Below, piece by piece: positions 1-7,593 of a stretch of 60,484 bases of DNA. The translations under genes and the position numbers were made by a program. The stretch is taken from the IMG/VR virus record IMGVR_UViG_3300035145_002886; one strand, 5' to 3'. Positions within the stretch are counted from its first letter, which is position 1, and each line of letters starts with the position of its first letter. The DNA comes from a virus. A model generated the notes under the pieces. The model saw only the letters and a program-made list of their open reading frames with translations. It had not been told where the DNA came from and ran no database searches.

Positions 1-100
1 TTTAGTTTTAAAGGTTTTGTTGTATAAGACAACCGTAATATTTTATCGTGTGCATCCCAATGATCTATTTTACCATTTTTGTAATCTGTCAGTATTTTAC

Positions 101-328
101 TTATTGGACTATACATCTCTCTTTGGTTTTAAAGGTTTGTTCTACTCTTTGGATTAGATACTTTACTTCATACTCTTCGTCATCAATAAACTCTTGCGCC
201 AATTCTAATGCGTTTTTATCATTGTACTCTTCAGCATACCACTTTAGTCCACCGATAATATCATACACAACATATTCATTAGGTGCTTCTTTCCATTTCT
301 TAATCAACTCTTGCATTGCTGTTTTCAT
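101..328 (-). CDS. small cassette protein, near-identical copy of 1419..1637
   Basis: 75-aa ORF MKTAMQELIKKWKEAP...FKTKERCIVQ, bounded by repeat A. Confidence 0.8.
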   Translation of the reverse strand: MKTAMQELIKKWKEAPNEYVVYDIIGGLKWYAEEYNDKNALELAQEFIDDEEYEVKYLIQRVEQTFKTKERCIVQ

Positions 329-489
329 ATCTCTTTAGTTTTAAAGGTTGAATCGTGCGGGTGAGGATGTTCTAAAAGATATCTATTCACCTCAAATGTT
401 ATCTTAAACAAATCCATATCAGAAGCAATACCTTCCATATGATTACCAATGACATTATCTAATTTGGTAAACAAGTCTGTTTTTTTCAT
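325..489 (-). CDS. small cassette protein (54 aa)
   Basis: Manually translated MKKTDLFTKLDNVIGNHMEG...DSTFKTKEI*; starts and ends in repeat A. Confidence 0.7.
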   Translation of the reverse strand: MKKTDLFTKLDNVIGNHMEGIASDMDLFKITFEVNRYLLEHPHPHDSTFKTKEI

Positions 490-617
490 CTGTACTTAGT
501 TTTAAACTCTTCATCATAAAGACCTAAATCTTCATCTCCTTTTATTATTTCAATTAGCAACCGCTTTCTTCTATTTGGTAGTAACCAATTCAGAAATTTG
601 TTGTAATGCTTTTTCAT
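486..617 (-). CDS. small cassette protein (43 aa)
   Basis: MKKHYNKFLNWLLPNRRKRLLIEIIKGDEDLGLYDEEFKTKYR*; ATGA overlap with the next ORF at its 3' end. Confidence 0.7.
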   Translation of the reverse strand: MKKHYNKFLNWLLPNRRKRLLIEIIKGDEDLGLYDEEFKTKYR

Positions 618-677
618 CTCTCTTTGGTGTTAAGGTGTAGACTATCACCACGAGGGGCTTCTCTGTGTCTTTTTCTT

Positions 678-965
678 TCATCTCTCTTTGGTTTTAAAGT
701 ATTTGTCGTAAAACTCTGATATATTCAATTCTTCTTCGGGCTTTGGAGGTATAGGGTAGCCATCCATAGTCAAGTTGTCTAATCCGTAGACATAGCGGTG
801 GTATGCCCCGCTAAACTTGATCATAAGCTCTTTCTCTTCCTTGAGTAGTTCTTTACGATTTTCTCGAATGTGGCAAAGTAGTATAACCCCTACGCTTACG
901 TCAACATATTTTTTTGATGACTTTGCTTCTAATTCTAATAGTTCTTGCACTGGTGTTGTTTTCAT
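678..965 (-). CDS. small cassette protein (95 aa)
   Basis: ORF track; MKTTPVQELL...YFKTKER; bounded by repeat A. Confidence 0.8.
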   Translation of the reverse strand: MKTTPVQELLELEAKSSKKYVDVSVGVILLCHIRENRKELLKEEKELMIKFSGAYHRYVYGLDNLTMDGYPIPPKPEEELNISEFYDKYFKTKER

Positions 966-1111
966 CTCTCTTTGGTGTTAAGGGTGTCTAAATAATTGTC
1001 TACACATTCGTCAGTTGTTTGAGAGGTTTTATCACTCTCAGAGTAATCAGCAAAATCAAGCAGCAGTTCTCGTATACTTTTAAATGTATTATTTTTAGTG
1101 CGTATTTTCAT
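962..1111 (-). CDS. small cassette protein (49 aa)
   Basis: MKIRTKNNTFKSIRELLLDFADY...DNYLDTLNTKER*. Confidence 0.7.
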   Translation of the reverse strand: MKIRTKNNTFKSIRELLLDFADYSESDKTSQTTDECVDNYLDTLNTKER

Positions 1112-1275
1112 CTCTCTTTGGTGTTAAAGGGTTTTTCTGCGTCAACATTTTGAACATTCTCAATAGCCTTATTTATAGCACTTCTAACTTCATCAGTCAT
1201 AGGCTCTCCACTTAATATAACGCTCCTTAAAAATGCTAAAGTCATATGCACCTGCTTTAATCTTTTGTCTTTCAT
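1108..1275 (-). CDS. small cassette protein (55 aa)
   Basis: MKDKRLKQVHMTLAFLRSVILSGEPMT...KPFNTKER*. Confidence 0.7.
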   Translation of the reverse strand: MKDKRLKQVHMTLAFLRSVILSGEPMTDEVRSAINKAIENVQNVDAEKPFNTKER

Positions 1276-1418
1276 CTCTCTTTGGTTTTAAATTATTATT
1301 GGGGGTTGTAAAACATTAAAACGATTTCACAAAAATGTATAAAAACAATAAAAAGTTATTACTCCCAATAAATAGCCTGTAAATACTGCTGTAATCAAAT
1401 CAAATCCGTTATATTTTT

Positions 1419-1637
1419 TCATCTCTCTTTGGTTTTAAAGGTTTGTTCTACTCTTTGGATTAGATACTTTACTTCATACTCTTCGTCATCAATAAACTCT
1501 TGCGCCAATTCTAATGCGTTTTTATCATTGTACTCTTCAGCATACCACTTTAGTCCACCGATAATATCATACACACCATATTCATTAGGTGCTTCTTTCC
1601 ATTTCTTAATCAACTCTTGCATTGGTGTTTTCTTCAT
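1419..1637 (-). CDS. small cassette protein, near-identical copy of 101..328
   Basis: 72-aa ORF MKKTPMQELIKKWKEAP...FKTKER. Confidence 0.8.
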   Translation of the reverse strand: MKKTPMQELIKKWKEAPNEYGVYDIIGGLKWYAEEYNDKNALELAQEFIDDEEYEVKYLIQRVEQTFKTKER

Positions 1638-1656
1638 CTCTCTTTGGTTTTAAAGG

Positions 1657-1854
1657 TTAGGATTTAATATAAGTAATTACCATCGCTTCAAGTTTATCAC
1701 CGAGCAACGGACTACCATAATTTTCAAACTTCATTTTAATACTTGGATAAACTTCCAACCCATTAGGGCATTGTATAATTAGTGGCAACTCCCTTTTGTC
1801 AGCACTTATGCTTTGAAGTTCTTTTATAAAGTCATTAATAGTTTTCTGTCTCAT
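1657..1854 (-). CDS. small cassette protein (65 aa)
   Basis: ORF track; ATG lies inside repeat A. Confidence 0.75.
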   Translation of the reverse strand: MRQKTINDFIKELQSISADKRELPLIIQCPNGLEVYPSIKMKFENYGSPLLGDKLEAMVITYIKS

Positions 1855-1877
1855 CTCTCTTTGGTGTTAAATCGTTA

Positions 1878-2099
1878 TTAGAGTAAGCTAATCTGTTTTT
1901 TTACTTCTTTCCAATACTTATGATTTAATCTATCGCTATCATAAATATTTGGATTATCATTTAGTATTTCATCTACGCAAATAATAGCAAAGGCTTTACC
2001 TTGTTCTCTTTGCTCTTTTAGTTCTTCATCTGTCATATCAAAAACAGATTTGCTTATAAATTTATTTGCTAATTCGTTTGCTTTTTCTTTTGGTGTCAT
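1878..2099 (-). CDS. small cassette protein (73 aa, MTPKEKANEL...YWKEVKKQI type)
   Basis: ORF track; ATG lies inside repeat A. Confidence 0.8.
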   Translation of the reverse strand: MTPKEKANELANKFISKSVFDMTDEELKEQREQGKAFAIICVDEILNDNPNIYDSDRLNHKYWKEVKKQISLL

Positions 2100-2120
2100 C
2101 TCTCTTTGGTGTTTATATAC

Positions 2121-2399
2121 TTAATATGATTTGATTCTCTTGATTTTTTCAGCAATTCTATTAGCCTGTTCTGTCATTGCTTTGTCTTCTGGGTTCTTAA
2201 ACGCCGCCCATAAAATATCGATGTTAAATCGACTAGCTCCGCCAATCTCTTTATCAATCCACTTACAAAACTCAAAGATTTCTTGAGCCTCATCAGCGAA
2301 AAGAGATTCTTCAGCGTATTCATATCCTTCGGTAAAATTTCCAGACATCCCAGCTCCCATTAAGAGTAGAGCTTTAGTTTCTTCAGATAGATTTGTCAT
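2121..2399 (-). CDS. hypothetical protein
   Basis: 92-aa ORF directly downstream of an early promoter. Confidence 0.8.
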   Translation of the reverse strand: MTNLSEETKALLLMGAGMSGNFTEGYEYAEESLFADEAQEIFEFCKWIDKEIGGASRFNIDILWAAFKNPEDKAMTEQANRIAEKIKRIKSY

Positions 2400-2408
2400 A
2401 ATTGTATC

Positions 2409-2460
2409 TTTTAATTACTATACTAATATAAACATTTTTCTTGACATAAAAAAATCTGAG
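2409..2460 (-). promoter_or_regulatory. early (host-sigma) promoter module
   Basis: Minus strand CAGATTTTTTTATGTCAAGAAAAATGTTTATATTAGTATAGTAATTAAAA; TATATT[A/T]G resembles the Bacteroidota -7 element TAnnTTTG. Related copies at ~4696-4745, 8012-8060, 10917-10965, 11176-11225, 12312-12360, 15754-15805, 16091-16140, 20666-20715, 22587-22635 and 38821-38866. Confidence 0.85.
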
Positions 2461-2470
2461 GCAATTATTT

Positions 2471-2689
2471 TTAACTTTTTTTCCAGCAGGTTATACCCTC
2501 TAATTTGACCTCAATTATTTTAGAATCCCGTTCTACTATTTTTTTAATGTAGGACTGTGGGTACTTAATCTTATCATAGACTCGAAAATGATTCTTATAG
2601 ATAACTTCGACCTTATATCCTCCCGGCTTTAAACTTAAGTGACTGGTTCGATATCCATCTCCTACAAAATATCCTCTATTCTTACTCAT
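2471..2689 (-). CDS. hypothetical protein
   Basis: 72-aa ORF in the ligase operon. Confidence 0.7.
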   Translation of the reverse strand: MSKNRGYFVGDGYRTSHLSLKPGGYKVEVIYKNHFRVYDKIKYPQSYIKKIVERDSKIIEVKLEGITCWKKS

Positions 2690-2882
2690 TGATTAATTCT
2701 TTTATGTCTGAAACTGCTAATTCGCATTCATTCCATTCAGATTCTCCATCTTCTACTTCCATTTTTGCAAGATCATAGAATGAATTAATTTCTTCGGCAT
2801 GTTGTGGATATTTCTCTGCCATTTCGTTGCAATAATTGCGTAAATCTATTAGTTTCATATTAAAAATCTCTATTGTTTTCAT
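2682..2882 (-). CDS. hypothetical protein
   Basis: 66-aa ORF overlapping the ligase stop region. Confidence 0.7.
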   Translation of the reverse strand: MKTIEIFNMKLIDLRNYCNEMAEKYPQHAEEINSFYDLAKMEVEDGESEWNECELAVSDIKELINE

Positions 2883-4152
2883 AAATTGCCTTAATCACTG
2901 GGAATCTTAATGAGTGATTTCCATTCTGATCGGTTGTTTCTTCAAAGTATTGTACAGTAATGGTCTTGCCCAAGATCTCTTCTGGATTCTGATAGTAATG
3001 ACGCTTTTGGTCTTGATTAAAACCACTTCCAACCTGGACACGGTTACCCTTATGCATAATAACTACATTGCGTAACATCTCCTCTTCAACCTCGCGACCT
3101 TCAACGATAACACGATTAATCGCGTTCTCGGTCTCGATTACCACATATTCAGCATCAAAGAACTTTTTCACCTTCATGATATCGCTACTACGCTTACCTT
3201 GATATGGTACATCTTTACGGAGCATTAGACCCTCCCAGCCAAATTGAGCTGCAGTGTCCATGTGATTTTGAAGGTCCTCTTCATTTTCTATCCATTCTTG
3301 TTTAACCAACTCAATAACATTTCCAAAATCAAGAAAATCAAATCTCATCTCCATTTCAGAAAGCCTTTTACTAAAGATTCTATTAGAGTAACATGCGTCA
3401 AATTCAGTTTGGTGCAACATATCAAACACTAAAAATTTTGGGTTTTGAATTGTGTGATCTTTACGTTTGATCTCCTTAATGATTCCCTGGAAGTCTTCGT
3501 CTCCATTCTCATCAACCATACAAATCTCACCATCAAAAACTATATTCTTAAAACCATGTTTCTTTAATTGCTCTGCAACTTTACCAAGGGTGTCGAATTC
3601 TTTACCAGCGCGAGAAAAGAACTTTGGCTCTCCAGACTCATCAATATAGGCAATACAGCGAACTCCATCCAATTTGCGACTAACGTACCAGTCGTCCTTA
3701 GCAAAGTCTACCTTTTTCTTAGTAGAATCTTTGTATGTGTCGGCAAGCGCTACGTCGAAAGTTGGAACCAGACCTGGTACGATCTTATTAATCATTGAAG
3801 CGGTCGATCTGGTCTTGAGATTACGGTCGATAATGTTGAAGATCAGGTCTTCATAATCAGGATTTGCCGATATAAATCCATTAACATAACTAATTGCAAG
3901 ATGCCCTGTTATTTTACGATCGGCTAGCGCATCTAATAGCTCAAAAAGATCTTTATACCCATATTTAACTAGGTCACTTCTCTTCTTACAATTTTTAGAA
4001 GTAACATAATATTGTTTGAAGGGGGTATAGGTGTAATGTAGTGCTCTCATCACTTCAGCGTCATCACTAAAGTCCTTAATCACTTGCAACTTATCGCTAT
4101 TTGAATTAGTTGCATTTGATTGATCTACAAATTGTTGAAGTCTATTTAGCAT
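2860..4152 (-). CDS. lig: ATP-dependent DNA ligase
   Basis: Motif I KLDGVR, motif III FDGEI, IIIa FLVFD, IV EGLMLR, V KVK, and OB-fold VGSGF...LRFP. Confidence 0.96.
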   Translation of the reverse strand: MLNRLQQFVDQSNATNSNSDKLQVIKDFSDDAEVMRALHYTYTPFKQYYVTSKNCKKRSDLVKYGYKDLFELLDALADRKITGHLAISYVNGFISANPDYEDLIFNIIDRNLKTRSTASMINKIVPGLVPTFDVALADTYKDSTKKKVDFAKDDWYVSRKLDGVRCIAYIDESGEPKFFSRAGKEFDTLGKVAEQLKKHGFKNIVFDGEICMVDENGDEDFQGIIKEIKRKDHTIQNPKFLVFDMLHQTEFDACYSNRIFSKRLSEMEMRFDFLDFGNVIELVKQEWIENEEDLQNHMDTAAQFGWEGLMLRKDVPYQGKRSSDIMKVKKFFDAEYVVIETENAINRVIVEGREVEEEMLRNVVIMHKGNRVQVGSGFNQDQKRHYYQNPEEILGKTITVQYFEETTDQNGNHSLRFPVIKAIYENNRDF

Positions 4153-4170
4153 ATCTATTATATGTTTATT

Positions 4171-4494
4171 TTAAGAATTTGTTTTAACCAGCCAAAGTTC
4201 TTCTGGCATCGAATTATTATACATTAATTGCACATAAAATTTTAGTGCATGTATGTTGATTGAATCGGCTGAACCTACAGCCTGCATCAAATTATTATTA
4301 ACGACTGCCTGTACAAAGCTTCCACCAGGATAACCGATGTCCCATTTAGTACACAGAACCGATGTTCCGATGGCTACAATATGAGCCCTTTCACAAGTAC
4401 GAGTTGCCTTATCTTTGATTGAGTATTCGGCATTGTTATCGAAATAGTCTTCGACAAGTTCTCTGACAATTCTGATTTGATCTTCTACTTTCAT
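4171..4494 (-). CDS. hypothetical protein
   Basis: 107-aa ORF. Confidence 0.75.
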   Translation of the reverse strand: MKVEDQIRIVRELVEDYFDNNAEYSIKDKATRTCERAHIVAIGTSVLCTKWDIGYPGGSFVQAVVNNNLMQAVGSADSINIHALKFYVQLMYNNSMPEELWLVKTNS

Positions 4495-4500
4495 GAATAT

Positions 4501-4686
4501 TTACTTATTAGGTGAAAAAGATGCAATAAGAGACCCTCCAAATAACATACTGACCAAAATACAGAAGAAAATCTCATTGAGAGGATCTGCGAATGGAATT
4601 ACAGTTTGAATGGTTCCAGTAACCATACCCGCTAGGATAAGTATTGAAACGATTGCAATTAGGAAAGGTTTGATGTTGAATTTCAT
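4501..4686 (-). CDS. small membrane protein (2 TM)
   Basis: 61 aa, two hydrophobic segments, downstream of the early promoter at 4696-4745. Confidence 0.7.
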   Translation of the reverse strand: MKFNIKPFLIAIVSILILAGMVTGTIQTVIPFADPLNEIFFCILVSMLFGGSLIASFSPNK

Positions 4687-4794
4687 ATCTTTATCTTTTA
4701 TTACTATACAAATATAAACAAAAGACTTGATATAAAAAAATCTGGAGTGAATTATTTTTTTATCCGATTACTATATTAAAAGAAAAAGGAGAGT

Positions 4795-5031
4795 CAGCTT
4801 TACCGAAGCCAGACTCTCCTTGTCATCCCTCCGTCGGGGGACCCTCATACTAGTTTGGTTTTCCATAGGAACCGGTTGCACCTGTTAAGAACCTTTTTAT
4901 GGGCAGATTACTGCCTCGGTCAAATTGGTAGTCTGCTCTCTCTACCTATAACCAAGCATCTACGTCTTTTGTTTCTAGGGACAATTCTGACGCTCTGCTC
5001 TGGAGCCATTCCTAAACCCTCGGTAAAACTG
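4795..5031 (-). ncRNA. ~240-nt structured ncRNA of unknown family (RNase P-like or 6S-like are candidates)
   Basis: GC-rich island with no credible ORF; 14-bp terminal helix CAGUUUUACCGAGG/CUUCGGUAAAGCUG and several internal hairpins; own promoter (5070-5097) and an overlapping terminator GGAGAGUC..GACUCUCC-U-rich at ~4778-4821. Confidence 0.6.
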
Positions 5032-5069
5032 TTCTAGTTATTTTTGGGTATAATAACCTTGAACAGAAT

Positions 5070-5097
5070 GTTATATATCCTTTACAGGATTTGTTTC
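5070..5097 (-). promoter_or_regulatory. middle-type promoter GAAAC-N17-(A)TATA
   Basis: Same spacing at 5070-5097, 11417-11444, 22955-22982, 39850-39877, 49128-49155, 55815-55842 and 59258-59285, each upstream of a gene or RNA start. Confidence 0.8.
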
Positions 5098-5110
5098 AAC
5101 ACATTGGCAA

Positions 5111-5521
5111 TTATTTTCGAGTAAAGTATAGAGTTCTTAGCTGTTCTCCTACAATACCATACTCTGTCTTATTTTCTATTATTAATCCGTCGACTGACTT
5201 ATTAATAACCTTCCATTCTATATTTCTAATAAAAATACTCGTATCAACAAAAGTATATGAATGTGCATAATTGTTTGAATACATCCAACCTATAATTTCT
5301 ACCGGTTGAATTGTTCCCTCAACAATTGTAAATACATTTAAGCTGTCAAAAAAGAATACGACATCATCAAACACTGTATCTGTGGTAAAGACTAATCCTG
5401 GTAAGAAATAGTCTTCTTTAGATTCTAGGCGGTCTAGGTTCCATTCTCCAAGAACGCTATATGGTTCTTCTTTAACACAAGAGAATAAGATCAAAAATAG
5501 GAAGGTTAGAAGGTATCGCAT
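5111..5521 (-). CDS. putative lipoprotein (lipocalin-like)
   Basis: Signal peptide with lipobox LFSC followed by a VLGEWNL motif. Confidence 0.65.
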   Translation of the reverse strand: MRYLLTFLFLILFSCVKEEPYSVLGEWNLDRLESKEDYFLPGLVFTTDTVFDDVVFFFDSLNVFTIVEGTIQPVEIIGWMYSNNYAHSYTFVDTSIFIRNIEWKVINKSVDGLIIENKTEYGIVGEQLRTLYFTRK

Positions 5522-5525
5522 TGAA

Positions 5526-5999
5526 TTAAATTATTTTTGTAAATATCATTAGAATGATTGTCGATATTAATCCAATCATAAACGTCTCATGGCTATCAAA
5601 TTTGATTTTAACAGGACAACCAAGCTTCCATCCATTCCATTGAAAAAGACCAGGTCCTCCATGACATGAATGCCATTGCTTTTTACCAAAGATCCAATCT
5701 AATGTTTTATCAATTAGGTCAGGAAGGTTACCAAAAAACCAACCCAAGGCATATAACCATGGATAACCTGATTCAATTCCTAGAAGAATGAATATAATTA
5801 AGTATGGTACTTGAACTTTAAACAGGTTTATCCAGGGTCTATAGGGTGCTTCACCTAAATAGTCTAATAAGAAATGTGAAACATATGCCATAAAGGCTCC
5901 AGTTGCGTGTCCTATCATTGGCATTCCAATGCTATTAAATCCAAAAAATGGAAGAGCATATGAAATTGTTCCAGCTACTGCATGAGTATGTGGTTGCAT
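5526..5999 (-). CDS. membrane protein, possible YdjM-like metal-dependent hydrolase
   Basis: HTH, SHFLLD and LPDLID motifs within hydrophobic segments. Confidence 0.5.
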   Translation of the reverse strand: MQPHTHAVAGTISYALPFFGFNSIGMPMIGHATGAFMAYVSHFLLDYLGEAPYRPWINLFKVQVPYLIIFILLGIESGYPWLYALGWFFGNLPDLIDKTLDWIFGKKQWHSCHGGPGLFQWNGWKLGCPVKIKFDSHETFMIGLISTIILMIFTKII

Positions 6000-6017
6000 A
6001 ATTAAATTGTTTTTTTG

Positions 6018-6091
6018 TGGGCCCTGCAGGGCTCGAACCTGCGACCTACTGATTATGAGTCAGTTGCTCTAACCGGCTGAGCTAAGGGCCC
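6018..6091 (-). tRNA. tRNA-CAU (probably Ile2, lysidine type)
   Basis: Cloverleaf GGGCCCTTAGCTCAG...CT CAT AA...GGTTCGAGCC. Confidence 0.9.
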
Positions 6092-6160
6092 AAATAACCG
6101 GGTATTTGTTTTAAAGCTACCATAACCATCGCGAATGGGTAACTCCCGGTATTTACTCCA

Positions 6161-6228
6161 CTTGGACTCTCCTTTCGGTTGTAGGCGTGAGATTTGACGC
6201 CTCGTTGTTCGGCTTTCGCCTATCCAAG
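6161..6228 (-). ncRNA. small multibranch RNA with two GAAA tetraloops
   Basis: CUUGGA/UCCAAG closing stem, GGC-GAAA-GCC, AGGCG..CGCCU and CC-GAAA-GG. Confidence 0.5.
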
Positions 6229-6231
6229 AGC

Positions 6232-6348
6232 TGGGGAGTAGGGGATTCGAACCCCTACCTCTGCCTAACCAACTTAATCACACCGTGTAACTAGTATGAT
6301 GCTTTCTGTCTTAAGGTTGGAGCGTCGTACCACTTTGACTAACCCCCC
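6232..6348 (-). ncRNA. tRNA-like RNA with ~35-nt insertion in the anticodon arm
   Basis: Acceptor GGGGGGU/ACUCCCC, D arm, T arm AGGGG-UUCGAAU-CCCCU; CCAAC-CUUAAGA-[insert]-GUUGG. Confidence 0.7.
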
Positions 6349-6356
6349 GTATTTAG

Positions 6357-6430
6357 TGAACCAGACAGGATTCGAACCTGTGACCGTCTGCTTAGAAGGC
6401 AGATGCTCTATCCAGCTGAGCTACTGGTCC
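6357..6430 (-). tRNA. tRNA-Arg(UCU)
   Basis: Cloverleaf, loop CT TCT AA. Confidence 0.95.
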
Positions 6431-6444
6431 ATTCATTAAATTTG

Positions 6445-6530
6445 TACTCGAGGACGGGCTCGAACCGTCACGGACATTACTGCCCAAGGGATTTTAAGTC
6501 CCTCGTGTCTACCAATTCCACCACTCGAGC
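6445..6530 (-). tRNA. tRNA-Leu(UAA)
   Basis: Class II cloverleaf, loop CT TAA AA. Confidence 0.95.
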
Positions 6531-6533
6531 ATA

Positions 6534-6760
6534 CAGGTCCTAATTTCGTTTAGGACCAGGACGTGATCGGTTTAGGCTCTCAGCTCTAAACGATCAGCAG
6601 CTTACGCTGCTAGTGCAAATTCGTCGTTTGCGTAGATTAACCCACTCTCACTATCGCTATCAACCAATGTCAAAAGCCGGTCATCCCCATTGTAATTAAT
6701 GCCCTTGTGGAGATGGCGGGATTCGAACCCGCGTCCATCGATCCGCCAATAATGGTCATC
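6534..6760 (-). ncRNA. ssrA: tmRNA, circularly permuted (two-piece) gene; tag ANDEFALAA*
   Basis: The T-arm/acceptor 3' half GGACGCGGGTTCGAATCCCGCCATCTCCA (ends 6708) lies upstream of the 5' half GGGGATGACCGGCTTTTGAC (starts 6688). G3-U70 pair present; tag ORF at 6602-6631. Confidence 0.9.
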
Positions 6761-6773
6761 GAAGATTAATTTG

Positions 6774-6847
6774 TGGAGAATATCGGAGTCGAACCGATGA
6801 CCTCTTGCGTGCAAGGCAAGCGCTCTAGCCAGCTGAGCTAATTCCCC
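6774..6847 (-). tRNA. tRNA-Ala(UGC)
   Basis: Cloverleaf, G3-U70, loop CT TGC AC. Confidence 0.96.
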
Positions 6848-6853
6848 GTTAGT

Positions 6854-6930
6854 TGGCAGTCCAGACGGGACTCGAACCCGCGACCTCCGCCGTGACAGGG
6901 CGGCACTCTAACCAACTGAGCTACTGGACT
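6854..6930 (-). tRNA. tRNA-Asp(GUC)
   Basis: Cloverleaf, loop CT GTC AC, encoded CCA. Confidence 0.96.
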
Positions 6931-7204
6931 ATATTACACTTAGCGAGATTGACTAAGCTAGATTTTAACGGTTTAGTTTCCTCTTGAAACAAACAAACAT
7001 TAGTGTCTTACCACATAAAACTAAAAGTCAAGCTTTTGGGAGGCTCTACTATCCACCTTGATTCCCAGTCCCAGTATTTTAATCTTAAAGACCAGCTACT
7101 ACCTGTCTGATAGTCTTTCCTTCAATAAGAATTTCAGTTACCACCTGGGCATTAACTGAGGTATGTTAATGTTACCTAAACATCCAAGTATCTCTAACTT
7201 GGTT

Positions 7205-7292
7205 TGGCGGAAGATGTAGGATTCGAACCTACGGAGGTGTGACCCTCGCCGATTTTCAAGACCGGTGCATTCGACCACTCTGCCAATCTTCC
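7205..7292 (-). tRNA. tRNA-Ser(UGA)
   Basis: Class II cloverleaf, loop CT TGA AA, encoded CCA. Confidence 0.95.
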
Positions 7293-7317
7293 ATTGTTGA
7301 GATTTATATCTCATTAG

Positions 7318-7391
<74 letters not shown>

Positions 7392-7593
7392 ATATACTCT
7401 TTTTTTAAAATTAGCACTAAGAGAAACTAGCTTATCCTTTTAAAACTCTTAATACTTCGGGATTCAACCGCTCTAGTCTCAGGTTCAGCAGAACCATTCT
7501 GGTCGTTATTGACTAGCAACTCTTATAGTATATGGTGTCCATTTCTTCATCAATAGAGTGATAAGTCGTATTGATTACTCGAACAGTTTTTTG

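Larger units (their letters stand above)
1..2115 (-). repeat. Dispersed ~20-bp junction repeat A (minus strand [CC]TTTAA[A/C]ACCAAAGAGAGATG), 12 full copies plus 1 partial, each ending in the ATG of a small ORF
   Basis: + strand catctctctttgg(t/tg)ttaa, or close variants, starts at 114, 326, 487, 615, 679, 963, 1109, 1273, 1420, 1635, 1852 and 2097, with a partial copy at 1-18. It often encodes C-terminal FKTKER* with an ATGA stop/start overlap. Confidence 0.95.

Noticed and set aside
1-2115. CRISPR array interpretation of repeat A
   Set aside because: Intervals are 64-284 nt, highly variable and encode ORFs; the repeat is non-palindromic and includes start codons; no cas genes in the window.
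4855-5037. 60-aa plus-strand ORF
   Set aside because: Antisense to a structured RNA that has its own minus-strand promoter and terminator; TTG start and no protein features.
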